Below are positions 1 to 12,563 of a stretch of 64,000 nucleotides of DNA, in pieces. Numbering within the stretch: the first letter of the stretch is position 1; every line of letters starts with the position of its first letter. The translations under genes were made by a program, and so were the position numbers. Under the pieces are notes generated by a model. The model saw only the letters and a list, made by a program, of their open reading frames with translations, had not been told where the DNA came from and did not search any database. The stretch is from the NCBI GenBank assembly GCA_032718475.1, contig JAUCBJ010001142.1, positions 62,001 to 126,000 on the forward strand, written 5' to 3'. Source of the stretch: Nemertoderma westbladi. Its lineage: Eukaryota; Animalia; Xenacoelomorpha.

Positions 1-99
1 GCAGAGCTTTTTTGGCACACAACCTCCCAACTTTTTGTGTACTAGCAAGTTCTTGTTACTTTTCTTTTAATGTTCTAAAGGTCTCTCCTCTATTTTATG

Positions 100-285
100 T
101 CAAAATTAATTTTGTTCTAGAATAAATATATTTATCTGAAAATGAATTTTGTTCTAGAATAAATATATTTTATCTCAAAATGAATTTTGTTCTAGAATAA
201 ATATATTTTATCTCAAAATTAATTTTGTTCTAGAATAAAATTATTTTATCTCAAAATTAATTTTGTTCTAGAATAAATATAATTT
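100..285. repeat. Tandem repeat, ~39-bp unit (AAAATTAATTTTGTTCTAGAATAAATATATTTTATCTC), ~5 copies
   Basis: TTTTGTTCTAGAATAAA recurs at ~39-bp spacing. Confidence 0.85.
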
Positions 286-479
286 TTTCGGTATTTAGTT
301 GCCCCCACCCCCCATTTATTGTAAATTTTTCCAAATCATCCCTTTCTGTCCTTTTTGATTAATGTTAAATATTGTTAGTGACAAGAGTTATTATCCAAGG
401 TAGCTAGTGTTCTTTTTATGTTAGCTAGTGTTTTTTCTAATGGTAGCTACTGTAGTATTTTTGAAAAAAATATTATTTT

Positions 480-848
480 TTAAGAATTCGTCGTTTATGA
501 GTGTTAAGGCACTCGTTGTGGAATGATCTACCAGGGTCAATAACTCGAGCGCCATCTCTTGTCGTATTCCAACACAACCTGAAGAAACACTTTTTAGATA
601 AACTTGCATCTACGGATATCTCTGTGTTCACAATAACATAGCGATTTTATTATGTTTCTATTACTTATAAACTTTATATTTTATCTACCTTTTATAACAG
701 GGATCCCTATGGAAATGAGATGTAATTATCTCTTAGGGCTATCCTTAGCGGCTACATTTTTTTTCTTTTTGTTAATTTCTATCGTGATTTGTATTTATTT
801 TAATTTGTAATCCGCTAATAAACAAGTTCAAGTTCAAGTTCAAGTTCA
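480..848 (+). mobile_element. 3' end of a CR1/L2-type LINE
   Basis: Plus-strand translation LWNDLPGSITRAPSLVVFQHNLKKHFLD matches the typical CR1/L2 ORF2 C-terminus (LWNxLP..SL..FK..LK). It is followed by a 3'UTR, AATAAA and a (CAAGTT)n tail at ~824-848. Confidence 0.7.
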
Positions 849-1479
849 GGCCATCGAGTTATATTCCCTTTCTCGGCCACTGGTGATAACCAGATTAAAG
901 TTCTCTAAAACAATCTTAATGGATCGCAACAAACCTGGCGATTCTATGTCAAAGGACTTGATTAATGCAAACTTTGTAAGTAACTGCTTCGCACTAAGCA
1001 ACATCGCACAAGGCAAAACGTCGACTATGCACTTTTACTGCATATCATAATAATTAAATAATTTTGATTTTAGTTAAATTTAATTATAATTTACTCTGAT
1101 TTATTTACTTACCGGAACTTTATTGATGGTGAGAATCACCCGATGTACAATTTTAGATATTTTAAACTTGTCGGCAGAGTCAGAATTAACACAAATAATA
1201 AATATTGATTAATTTTAAGCAAAATCTGTATATAGATATTAATTTGAATGTTTAGCTAATCATTAAATATATATATTTATTGAAGCACTTTTAGAATGAA
1301 CAAAGAAACATCCTGTTTATCCATCATGAAACCTAAATACATATAAAGTTATACAAATGATTTCTTATTAATTATTAAGTAATTATTACTCATAAACAGA
1401 CAAAAAAAATATTAAAAAATAGTAATCTTAAATTGATACTTTTATGTTGATTAGTTCTTAACTAAAGGATAGAAAGAAA

Positions 1480-1910
1480 TAGCGTTACAATATAAATTGA
1501 ACTGCATAATTTTACTGTATTGCTTCCATAGTTAATGTTACTGTAAATCAATATAATGTTCTAGAATATTTATTAGGTAACTAGAGAGCCGCTTATCTAC
1601 ACATACCAATATTGGATATTGTGTTCCGTTTTGGAAGTTGCACCGTCCACGCTTCACAGACACTAAAGTTGCAAGAACTTTTGAGTGGGTGCATGGATTT
1701 TGCTTAAGTTACTTGCGAACCTTTTCTACACTTGAAATGAACACATGAAATAAAGTTTAAGAAATTCCACCAAAAATATTTTCACACTTAGTTAACCTTT
1801 TACGCTGGTAAACAAATATAATCAACGCTATTTCAGTTACTTTTCCCTAGGGAAGAAAAGTACTCTTTTTTTTCTCCCGATTTATATATTCGATCGAAAA
1901 AGTAGAAATT
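1480..1910. repeat. Interspersed non-autonomous repeat; related copies at ~4290-4510 and ~53500-53880
   Basis: Blocks TATTGCTTCCATAGTTA, TAACTAGAGAGCCGCTTA, ACCAATATTGGATATTG and CAGACACTAAAGTT are shared with the 53.5-kb copy. GGATTTTG..CCTTTTCTAC is present in all three copies. Confidence 0.65.
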
Positions 1911-2209
1911 GTTAGATGCTGAAGTAATATTCGGTAGGCCTATTCTATCTGGCGTCTCTTCTAAAAAGAGTCTTATCTTAACTGGCGTCAATCTATACCG
2001 TAAATAACTGTTTATTACGAGCAAAATTAACCCCTCCGCCATGTCCATCAAGCCCGTCCGGTTTTTGTTAACATTTCCCCCCCCCCCCCCCCCCCCCCAA
2101 TACTTCGGATGTCCGAATTATTGACAGTAGTCAAGGTTTGCCCCTAACTAATATCTAAATCCGTACTGTCCATACCCATACGTAAAATGTACTAGGATCG
2201 GCATGCTGC

Positions 2210-3490
2210 ATTTTTAAGAATGCTGTGCCGGCTTGTCAACAAAATTGCGGCGCCACAACTCCCTATCACCCATGACATTTGCTAGATCATCCGCATCTTC
2301 AAGGCCAGTGTCCTTTAAGATGCGTCTCGAGAAAGTCATGGGTTGTCCACCATGCTTATTCACTCCATAAGGCTGCCAAAGTACAAGATTATGCACTGGC
2401 TGGTCCTAACGGCGAAAGCAATGTCCTGCAAAGCTTAGGCGATTTTGTTCTAGTGTCAAGCTTGGGAGAACCAATGAGACACCTCCAATGTTATATAGTG
2501 TCTGGTTGGAGATGTGTGCATTGTACTTGACACAATGAACCCGGCGTAGCATTCTTGTTTATGTGCCATCCAGAGATTTGGTGTCCTGTACTGGAACTAC
2601 TGCTGCGCTAAATAATCGGACCTTAAGTTTCCGATTAATTCTGGGTGACTTCCAAATCCTGGAAAGCCTATTCAAGGCTGCCCATGTCTTTCCCTTACGT
2701 ATTCGAAGGTCCTCACCTGACTTCCGGATCCATGATCCCAGGTAACAGAAGTCGTCCACATGCTCAAGCATACCATCCTTTGAGCTTAAGCTCGTCCGAT
2801 CAGAGACTTGTGGAGGACTTTCTAAGTTAACTGTCAAAATTTTGGTCTTTCTAGTGTTAATAAAAAGACCAACACTAGAAGCAGCATGTTCTAATAAGCT
2901 GAGGAGCCGTTGGGCTCCCTCTAGTGATTCTGAGAGTACTCCTAAGTCATCAGCAAAGTCTAGATCAGTTAGGTACTTGGCAGGAATTCCTCGACTTCTG
3001 GAGCCAGTAGGTGGAGTTATCATCACCCCATCATCATTATGATGATCTAAGGACATGCGTAGAACATAGTCAACCACAATTACGAACAAGAATGGTGCAA
3101 GTGTGTCTCCCTGGAGCACGCCCCATAACAGTTCAAATGGTTCTGTGTCACCGTCAACAGTAGACACAAATGTTGTCGGACCATTGTATACTGATCTGAT
3201 TGCTGCAATAATTTCATCAGGAATCCCATATAATGAAAGTATGCTGAACATGCGTGAGCAAGAGACTGAATCAAAGGCCTTGAAAAAGTCAACAAAGATA
3301 ACAGCCAGATGTCTGTCTGTCTTTCTTTTTGATAACTCTTCAATTATCCTTCTAAGTGCGAAAATGGGCTCCATGGTCCCACGACATTTACGGAACCATT
3401 CTGATTTCCATGGAGCAGTCTCTCAATGGGATCCCTGATGCGATTTAATAGAATTCTATTGTATAGCTTTGCTGCAATCGAGAAGCAACG
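2210..3490 (-). mobile_element. 5'-truncated, frameshifted RTE-clade LINE (reverse transcriptase and C-terminus)
   Basis: ORF 2559..3374 has RT motifs FVDFFKAFDSV, GVLQGDTLAPFLF, LDFADD and FCYLGSWI. SIAAKLYNRILLNRI..NQNG lies upstream across a frameshift. The RTE-like tail MGDRELWRR is in ORF 2214..2396. Confidence 0.9.
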
Positions 3491-3499
3491 ACGTAAAAT

Positions 3500-3665
3500 G
3501 TACTGTATTGCGGACTCCTAAAAATCCCGGACTCCGAAAAAACGGACGTCCTAATTTAGCTACCCGACCCCCCCCCCCCATGTCCAAAGAGTCAGGAATT
3601 TGAAGACCCCCCCCCCCCCCCCCCCCCCCCCTGTGACCTCGGACGTCCTTTATTGACAACCCATA
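3500..3665. mobile_element. Partial MITE end (GGGTTGTCAATAAAGGACGTCC on the minus strand) with poly-C tracts
   Basis: Repeated GGACGTCC motifs and poly-C. A similar end lies at ~2050-2130. Confidence 0.4.
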
Positions 3666-4879
3666 AACAACATGTACTATTAACAAAACGTTTATTGTTT
3701 CGATTTAAAAAATATGATGACGCGCAGTAACCTGCTCCTTTTCCATAATTGATAAATAACATCAATTCGTTTAAAGTCATATAATTTAGACGAAATGGGT
3801 TTTAATTCCGTGAAAGGGGAAGGTAGGGGGTTGGTCCTCCAGGTATCTACAGGATTAAAGGTTGCTGATATAAAAAACAATAATTCAAGCGACCAATCAG
3901 ATGGTACAATAAAAATACTGGAATATAACGCTGCACTCCAATAATAAATCAATGTTTTATTAGGTAGACAATGAAAACAAATAGAGACAACAGCTGGCGG
4001 TAGTACCGGTACATAAATAGTAAGAATATAATACAAATCACTAAAAAATACCTTAATGTTCCATTTTCTTAAAATTAAAGCACTGATTAAGTATCACAAT
4101 AGATATATTAAATTGGGAAAATTAGAAAACAAAGTTATAGTTATTATTAGTTACGATTGTACAACTTGATCGCTGTAAAAGATATTGTTTTAAACAAAAT
4201 ATTTTACGAGGATAAATAAATAATATGTAACTTTATTTTCACGATGTTCGGGATAATTTATTTTCCGACGAGCATAGGGCTAAATTTTGAGTTAGTGAGT
4301 GGATTTTGTTCAAAATCTGTGCAAACCTTTTCTACTTAGATTTTTTTTCACCCATGAAATTCCACCAAAAATATTTTAAAATTTATTTTCATTATTTTGC
4401 TTTTTTAGCCGGGAAAAAAAGTATCCAATCCGATGCGTTATTTTTTTCCCCTTGGGAAATGGAACTCCCCTTTCTCTCGATATTAGTGTATTCGGGCGAA
4501 AAAGTGACGATTTAAGAATAAATGCTATATTTAAATTTAAAATATAAAAGCTAATATATTGGCATCAATAATATAAACTGCTAAACTACAAATATAATAT
4601 CAACCCAGCACCACTCTATTAAGGAAATGTTATTGAAATGGAATTAATATATTAAAAGAAGCGTTAATATAATTAATATTAAAGGTCTATTGGCAGTTGT
4701 AATTATTTATATATACTATTACTATTAACTACATCGACGTTTTGTATTTCAATAACTATACAGAATGTTCTAAGTCCAAAAACTCGATAAAAAATATTAT
4801 ATATATAGATAAAACCCCATTAAGAGATTTTATTTACTTTTAACCTAAACTTTCAAATAAATATAATATATCAATACTA

Positions 4880-5790
4880 ACAAATATTGGATGTTGGCCT
4901 TGCGAAACTTACAGATACATTCAATAGAAATTTAAAAGACACATTTAGGAATGGTTAATTCGATTAGATACAAATAAAATAACAATTTAACAAATATGTA
5001 TATATATATACTAAGTACTGGAATATGTCTTATCAATACAGTTAGTCTGCCTCTCCCCACTCCCAAAAAAATTGTTAAACAAATAGTAAAAGATTTTTCG
5101 TTCGGGATTACTTATCAACCGGTTTACAACTGCCAACCATTGTGTCCATACAGACAATAAATGGGCAATGGGCAAGATTGCAATAGGTAACAACTTTAAT
5201 CCAGACCACAATCTGTGGATTACCCCCTTAGATATTTGGATGCGAACAGTTATCACTAAATACTTGATGGAAGTCACGAACAGATCAAAATTTAACAATG
5301 GCTACACTTTAATCACATACCATGTGTATAACAAACACTCCATCTGGCTTAAAGATTATCTTGCTTGGGACACAGACATTAGATCTGCAAACTCAGTTTC
5401 AAATATTGAATTATATATCCACAGGAATTTTTTCTATATACTCAAGAAAGTATACAGAAATACATCATATCGCTGCAGGTAGAGAATCCTTAGAAATAAT
5501 GAACGTCTCGAAATTCCAGAATATTTCACACCGTTGCTGATCCCTATGTTGCTTAAATGTATCCGATCACACTTTGAAACATCCTCATGTATTTGTGGGT
5601 CAGATAAAACAGCAGATCACTTCTTATTCCACTGCCCCTAACATAACACTCGGGTTTTTTTGCTAGGCAAAACTATCCCTGTTTAAACTTTCATTCGTGG
5701 ATTATTCATTACGAAATGTAACAAGGCTTGTGGGGCCACATAATCGTGAGACACTATAATCCCTGACTTGGTGAACGTTAATGAAAGATA
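4880..5790 (+). mobile_element. Degenerate 3' part of a non-LTR retrotransposon
   Basis: Translation near 5580-5640 gives SSCICGSDKTADHFLFHCP, the CCHC knuckle typical of LINE ORF2 C-termini. The upstream frames are broken. Confidence 0.55.
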
Positions 5791-6749
5791 CAAAATGGAA
5801 AACAGAATACAAAAAAAGCACAAAAGTTTGTATATAAATCACACAAGGCTGATAAATAAATCAAGAAAATACAGAAAAAATATTTTAGAATACCGAGCTA
5901 CATTAATTAGTAAAAAATAATTATATAACAATAACATGGCTCATACACAGCAAGGCGGTACCATTTACAAAATCAATGAGGCATTATTTGGATTATTCCA
6001 AATTGAGAACATTTAATTTAAAGACTTTAGGAATATTTAGGGTTTTATATAAAATAATACAGACACAGACAGGTGTAAATTCTCTTATGGTAATATTTAA
6101 GGAGAGTATAATTTATTGGTAATGGAAAAAAGCCACAAAATGTGAGAAAACTAGTAACTAACTTTCAGAAGGTATAATAAATATTAAATATCCCAATTTT
6201 GTGGCGATTTCATATCAGAAAATTATATTAGATAAATATATAAGAAAAAAATGGGAGCATTGGGTTTATTTGTATTATATACCAGTAATTTATATTGGAA
6301 AAAAATGAACCAAAATTATTTGCCTTTTTGGCCGACAAAATATATTTTTATTATACAGGATTTTATTATGTTATTTATATTAGTACAATAATATACTAAT
6401 GGTATCCCGTGTAATATATGTAAAATATTAGTTTAGCTCATATTGTAAAAACATTACCAGTACCTGTATCTAAACTGGTACCTGCGGAGATCAGGGTGGG
6501 ATGTGTAAAGGATGGTTAAAAAAGAATAGAAAGAAAAACATCAACAATAAAAAGCGAAACAAATTATATATATATATATAAACTGAAATAATCTGGATTT
6601 CATATAGAATCTGTTAGGAACCATGCTGAATATATACTGGACCCTTAATAAACAAACAAACAAACAACCAGATGCGGAAATAGAAAAAGAAACAAAAATT
6701 ATGTAACCAAATCAGCAACTAGTGAAGAGCCACTGAGTCTGTAATTCCA

Positions 6750-7510
6750 TACATACCGGTACATTGTGTATATAATACCAGTATATTGTGTACCGGTATA
6801 TTGAGCATATAATACTGGTGCATTGTGTATATAATACCGGTACATTGTGTTGTATACTGGTACATTGTGTATATAATACCGGTACATTGCGTATTTAATA
6901 CTGGTACATTGTGTACTGACTACTGACTGGTACATTGTGTACTGGTACATTGTGTATTGGTACATTGTGTACTGGTACATTGTGTATATAATACCGGTAC
7001 ATTGTTTATATAATAGTGGTACATTGTGTATATAATACCAGACCAGTACATTGTGTTGTGTACTGGTACATTGCGTACTGACTACTGGTACATTGTGTAT
7101 ATAATACCAGTACATTGTGTATATAATACCGGTACATTGCGTATTTAATACTGGTACATTGTGTACTGACTACTGACTGGTACATTGTGTATATAATACC
7201 GGCACATTGTGTACTGGTTCATTGTGTATATAATACCGGTACATTGTGTATATAATCCCGGAACATTGCGCATTTAATACTGGTACATTGTGTACTGACT
7301 ACTGACTGGTACATTGTGTATATAATACCGGCACATTGTGTACTGGTTCATTGTGTATATAATACCGGTACATTGTGTATATAATCCCGGAACATTGCGC
7401 ATTTAATACTGGTACATTGTGTACTGACTACTGACTGGTACATTGTGTATATAAAACCAGACCAGTACATTGTGTATATAATACCGGAACATTACATTGT
7501 ATATATAATA
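6750..7510. repeat. Minisatellite with core TAC(T/C)GGTACATTGTGT(ATATAA), just downstream of the basigin-like stop codon
   Basis: Dozens of GGTACATTGTGT cores, with a larger repeated block in the right half. Explains the spurious ORF 6699..7115. Confidence 0.9.
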
Positions 7511-7640
7511 CTCGACGACAATAATGCATTATTTGAGAAGCACGAAAACTACATTAAAATATATGAAAAGGCAAATTAAACTACAAATATTATTAAAAAA
7601 AGCGGATTATAATGTAATCTAGCAAGAGCGACTCTGTCTA

Positions 7641-9496
7641 TCAGGCTTTCCGTTTAACTGGTTTGTTCCCAGAGCTCTCCGGACTCGCATCCTCCACCCT
7701 CATAGCCTCTTCTTCATCCTCTTCGTCTTCGTCTCCATCGACAACGGGGGTTCCAACACTCTGATCGCGTTTCCTCTGATAGATGAAAATAACAAGAAAC
7801 AATACAAAGACCTCGACTAGTATACCAATGAAGGGCCACAAGGCAGCGAGAGGATCCTTAACTCGCAGGAAGAAGTTCCAATGAACTCCCATCCCAAAGT
7901 CGTTAAGCGCCGAGCAGTTGAACTCGGTGCGATCCTGCTGCGTGGTCTGCATTATCGTGAGGTTAGATACCAGAGAGGTGATGGAGACTTCATTCACCGT
8001 GTCGGTGGTAACGTTATCGGTGTTTATAAAGAATCGTCTGTCAGTCGAGTTGTTAATTTCCTCCCACTCTTTCCCCTGTAGGCGGTGCCAAGTGACTGTT
8101 GAAGGAAGTGGGTATCCTTGGATCTCGCATGTTATAGTAACCTGGATGGAAAAAAATGAAAAATATGAGAATACCAGTATATCTAGGAATATTATCTATT
8201 TTATTTAGGGTTAGGTCCTCAAAGTGCACTGCCTCGAAGAGAATCGTGGTCCTTCGGGTTGTGATAAAATACAGAAACCATTCGGAATTTATTTTCAACA
8301 GAATAATCATGGTTACAGGTTAAAAAACGTACCCGACCAATAACGTAGCCGTATATCAGCATAAGCTATGTGGTATGTGTAACTTAAGGTATGTTAATTT
8401 TAATTAAATTAAAAAAATTAAATTAATTTCACATTAATTTAATTAATTAAATTAAAAAAATTAAGAGAAAGGAGCAGGTTACAGTGACGGTGTTTTCTAA
8501 CCAAAACATAATTCAATAGGCCCTAAACAATCACTTTATCAATCACTCCTGCAGTCCTGCCAATTGTGGGAAATGAGCAGGTACGTTTAACTACCAAAAT
8601 GTACCCTTTTCTGCTTTGCCTTACAGTGGAAACGTACCCAATATTGAGGAACGTATACGGCCGGGTACGTTTTAACCAGGGTACGTTTTCACTTGTTCCC
8701 ATAAAGGCTATATGTAAATTATTTATTAACAACTTCCAACCTGGTTATCCTGTTTAACATCAACGGATATTTCTCGTTCATTCATAATTCTCAGATCACA
8801 GTAAATCGCGATAACGTAAGAAGTCTCCTTGTCTTCCCCGTAATTAACCCTTACAATGTATTCATCACAGTCAGCAGCCCCACCAAACTCTTTTATCACC
8901 ACACCTTCCCAACAACTATCCAGAGCTTCGTATCGCTCGGGATTTTCTGTCGCATCCAATGCCTCTGTACTGCAGATTGGAGGGAAGGTGTTGTTTCCCT
9001 TATAGATATTGACACTATTGATGTCAGTACGTGAGTTGAACTTGATCGCTATGGTAACTCTGTCTTCATACTTTGGTTCTTTCTCGTACGGCTTGTCTTC
9101 ATAGACAACATCCGGCTTCACTGACACAATAATTTCGACGTGTGTATTCGGGTCTGACTCCGTTGCGCATTGGTATCCTCTGGATAGTTCATCTGCGTAC
9201 CCCAACTCTTTGATTGTCAGAACAGCATCGTTACCGTCGTAAGAGACAATTCTATTACCATCATCTGAGTTAGTAATAGGTTGAAGGGTAGCTCTGTTAA
9301 TTATCACGGTTTTTTCGGATCCTGATTTACTCTTGCAGGTTATTTTCAGCGGTTCACTGAATGTTGAACTGCATTCAACCTTGTAGTTTCCATCGTTTTG
9401 ACCAATAGTGGCAACAATATTTTCACAACTGTTGATCCCATTTACTCCGCAAACAAATAAAGAAATTGATAAGATAAGAAACAGCAACATCATCAA
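7641..9496 (-). CDS. BSG: Basigin/neuroplastin-family Ig-domain type I membrane protein; join(9496..8741, 8141..7641), ~418 aa
   Basis: Signal peptide MMMLLFLILSISLFVCGVNG. A phase-0 GT..AG intron (8740..8142) joins VDVKQDNQ to VTITCEIQGYPLPSTVTW and completes an Ig domain (..DRTEFNCSALN). The TM segment PLAALWPFIGILVEVFVLFLVIFIYQRKR carries the intramembrane Glu diagnostic of basigin/neuroplastin/embigin. Confidence 0.88.
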
Positions 9497-10583
9497 TGAC
9501 TTTCAACTTTTTTAATTCAGAAATTTCTTAACACAAAATAAAAAGGCCTATCAGAATGATGTCTACATCCCGACAAGACATTTAGTGACAGCATCAACAG
9601 ATCTGCCACAGCCAATCAAATAGGAGGTACTCATCATATGGATGGGTGTCTAAACTATTCTGCCAAACAAGAAGGAAAGTTAGGCTGTTATGTAACCTGA
9701 CAGCATGGCATGGAGATAACCAGTGGAGCAGCCGTTATACAGACTTTATGACGACAAGCTAGTACAGTACAGCAGTACGCAACTATACTTCTTCAATGGC
9801 GGCCACGTTATATATTTGATGTTAGGGCAAACCAATGAATACCATTGTTTGTCGTAGTCAGTCGGGCACTTTGTCAATATTGACATGTTGTCAATATTGA
9901 CATGTTCCATGTAGCCATCGCCATGTCAAAATGGACATGAGGGGTATTCCGTATGAGATCAACACAGCAAAAATCCTTACCATCTCAGATTTTCTTGAAA
10001 TTTGGTGGAGAGGTAGTACCTATAGAGTAAGTAACTCATGCCAAATTTTAGATCTTAGAACTGCTTGCACTCACGAGATATGCCACCTCAAAATTTGAAG
10101 TTTTCGCCGATTTTCGTTCGGACCGGAAGTATACAAAGAGGCATTATTAATGAAGATCTCATAATAAACATGCAACATAAGTATACATTTGAAAGCTCTT
10201 GTCTTGCTCTTTCATAATATCGTGATACTTGTGCTATATTTTCCACTTAGCTCTCTTAATGTAGGTAGCTTTAAAGACTTTAAATGCGAAGCGCGAAAAA
10301 CATATATACTTCAATTTTGCTCAAACTTGGCACTTGGCTCAAATTATCCTTATTATGTCTCTTAACACCCATAAAAAAATTGGGATGGCTTTTGCGCCCC
10401 TTCGTGACTTACAGGCGTTTTTGTTTTGGTCATTCGACAGTTTTGCGAAACATCGCGATGTTTCGCAAAGCATCACGAAATGTTGCGATCACAACATACA
10501 TTGTTGAATGTTAACAATATTTGCGACTATCTCTTTGCATGTGTTTAACTATGTCATTTGTCATTATTTGATTATGTCACATA

Positions 10584-10756
10584 TCATTTGTTAATCGGCA
10601 TAAAAATGATTTTTACTTTGAAATATCTCAAAAAAGATCTTTATTTTTTTTTATACATGGCAGCATGGCTCATTTGTTAATCGGCATAAAAATGATTTTT
10701 ACTTTGAAATATCTCAAAAAAGATCTTTATTTTTTTTTATACATGGCAGCATGGCA
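10584..10756. repeat. Exact 86-bp tandem duplication
   Basis: TCATTTGTTAATCGGC...TACATGGCAGCATGGC starts at both 10584 and 10670. Confidence 0.85.
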
Positions 10757-12563
10757 ATGCCTGCTAGGGAGGGATATATATATCAATATATTTCTCAAAT
10801 AAATGGTAAAGAAACAGTGTATACCTTTTCGCATTGTCGAACTTAAACAATCAATATGATTGTGCTTGGCTAGTTTTTTTTTACCCTTATATATTTTATA
10901 TGAGTCACTGAGTGGTTAATTGGATAAAAACAAATTGTAGTATCTAGCACTATCTAGATAGCATGTAGGCCCTAGTATGTAGCACAAATATCTCACAAAT
11001 AAATGAAATTGTTGTGGTTGCTAGTATGCTTGTGGCAGGCTACCTTAGTTATTACTTAAAGTGCATGAATGTAGCTAAATTTCATTTGAAAACCGGCAGT
11101 GAAATTTTAACATTAGCATTCTAAAAATTATGCCATTAGAATCGCCATAAAATTCTGTATAAATTAATTTGAGAATTAGAATCTCATCGTTAGGATAACT
11201 ATCATAATATTAAAAATAAAAATATGCTCAGCTTCTGCTTTGAGTACCGGTACTAGTGGAGTTACAGCCAAAATATGTCCGGAAATATAATCGCAGCCTG
11301 TGAAGGACAAATAGTGGCTGCACGGACACTTTCTGGATGTAAATATGTGGACAATTTTTGGCTGAGCTTCAGCCAGAAAGTGACCAGTGTTCTAACTGTA
11401 TTTGCTACCGAATTTGCCGAATTTTTTTTTCAAATTCGGTTCGGTTCCGATCAGCAAAATTTTAAATTCGGTCGATCCACAGTCTGATCATTTATATTAT
11501 TTGGCATTTGGTTTCAGTATCTGTCTCAGTGTCTGTCAGTCTGTATACCTTATAAACCGATTCGACTGTCCTTTTCAGCATTTCCCTTGCGGCAGTTCCG
11601 CAGTTGCGGTGCTAAGGCCTCTGAATTGTTTCAACAATTCGTGCTTCCATGGTTGGAAATTGCGACGATCGCAAAGGCTTCAGTTTCAAAACCTTTTACA
11701 GTTTCAAAGCATTTCACATGCTGCGCAAAGGCCTGGATAATTTCGCAGCTATTTCAGTATTTATCAAGCTGCACAAACAGACAAAGGCCTCTTAACAATT
11801 TAAACAGCTCATTTCAGCATTTATCATGCTTTACGAACAGACGAATTCCTTTTATAACTGTATAACAGTATAAAGGGTCTCTGACAGTCTGAACAGTTCT
11901 AACAGTTTCAACATTTCTCATGTTGCACAAAGCCTTCGAAACAATTAAGTCGGGGTGCGTTGCGTGGGGGTGAATGTGCCCTGATTACAAATCATTATAA
12001 ATGGTGTGTACGAAAGTAATTAATCGGTATTCCCGTTTTCACATAAACAATAATGTCTATAAATTAAATTGTAAGCAGCAATGTCTCCAAGGAATGAGGT
12101 TTAAGCGACAGTGTTTGATTGTTTATACATACATAACCTACTTTATACAGAGTATGTTTAATTTGTTTACCTTTACTGGAGCCACTGCTTATTAATGTTA
12201 ATGTATAATAAAACGAGCTAATTAATAGGGCTCGATCGGAGTTGGGATTTGGCCGGAGCCGGAGCAGGAGCCGGAGTTGGACAATTTGGCCGGAGCCGGA
12301 GCCGGAGTTTTTCAAAAATTTAATTATTTATAAAAAAAATAAAGTAATGGTTATCGTTCGCCAATTGCTCACAATCAATCATACTGTAGGTCTAATTACA
12401 TAATTAATTTCATAATTTATAGATTTACGAATTTTCAATTTAAAATTTAAGTAATTAATTTATCATGGACAGACGGCCTGACGCTGATGGCTAAAAATTA
12501 CCTACAGTACCTAACTCACTAGGCCTACCTAACTGTACAGCCGTACAGCCCGACAGCCGTAAG

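Noticed and set aside
6699-7115. 138-aa Tyr-rich ORF
   Set aside because: Translation of the GGTACATTGTGT minisatellite.
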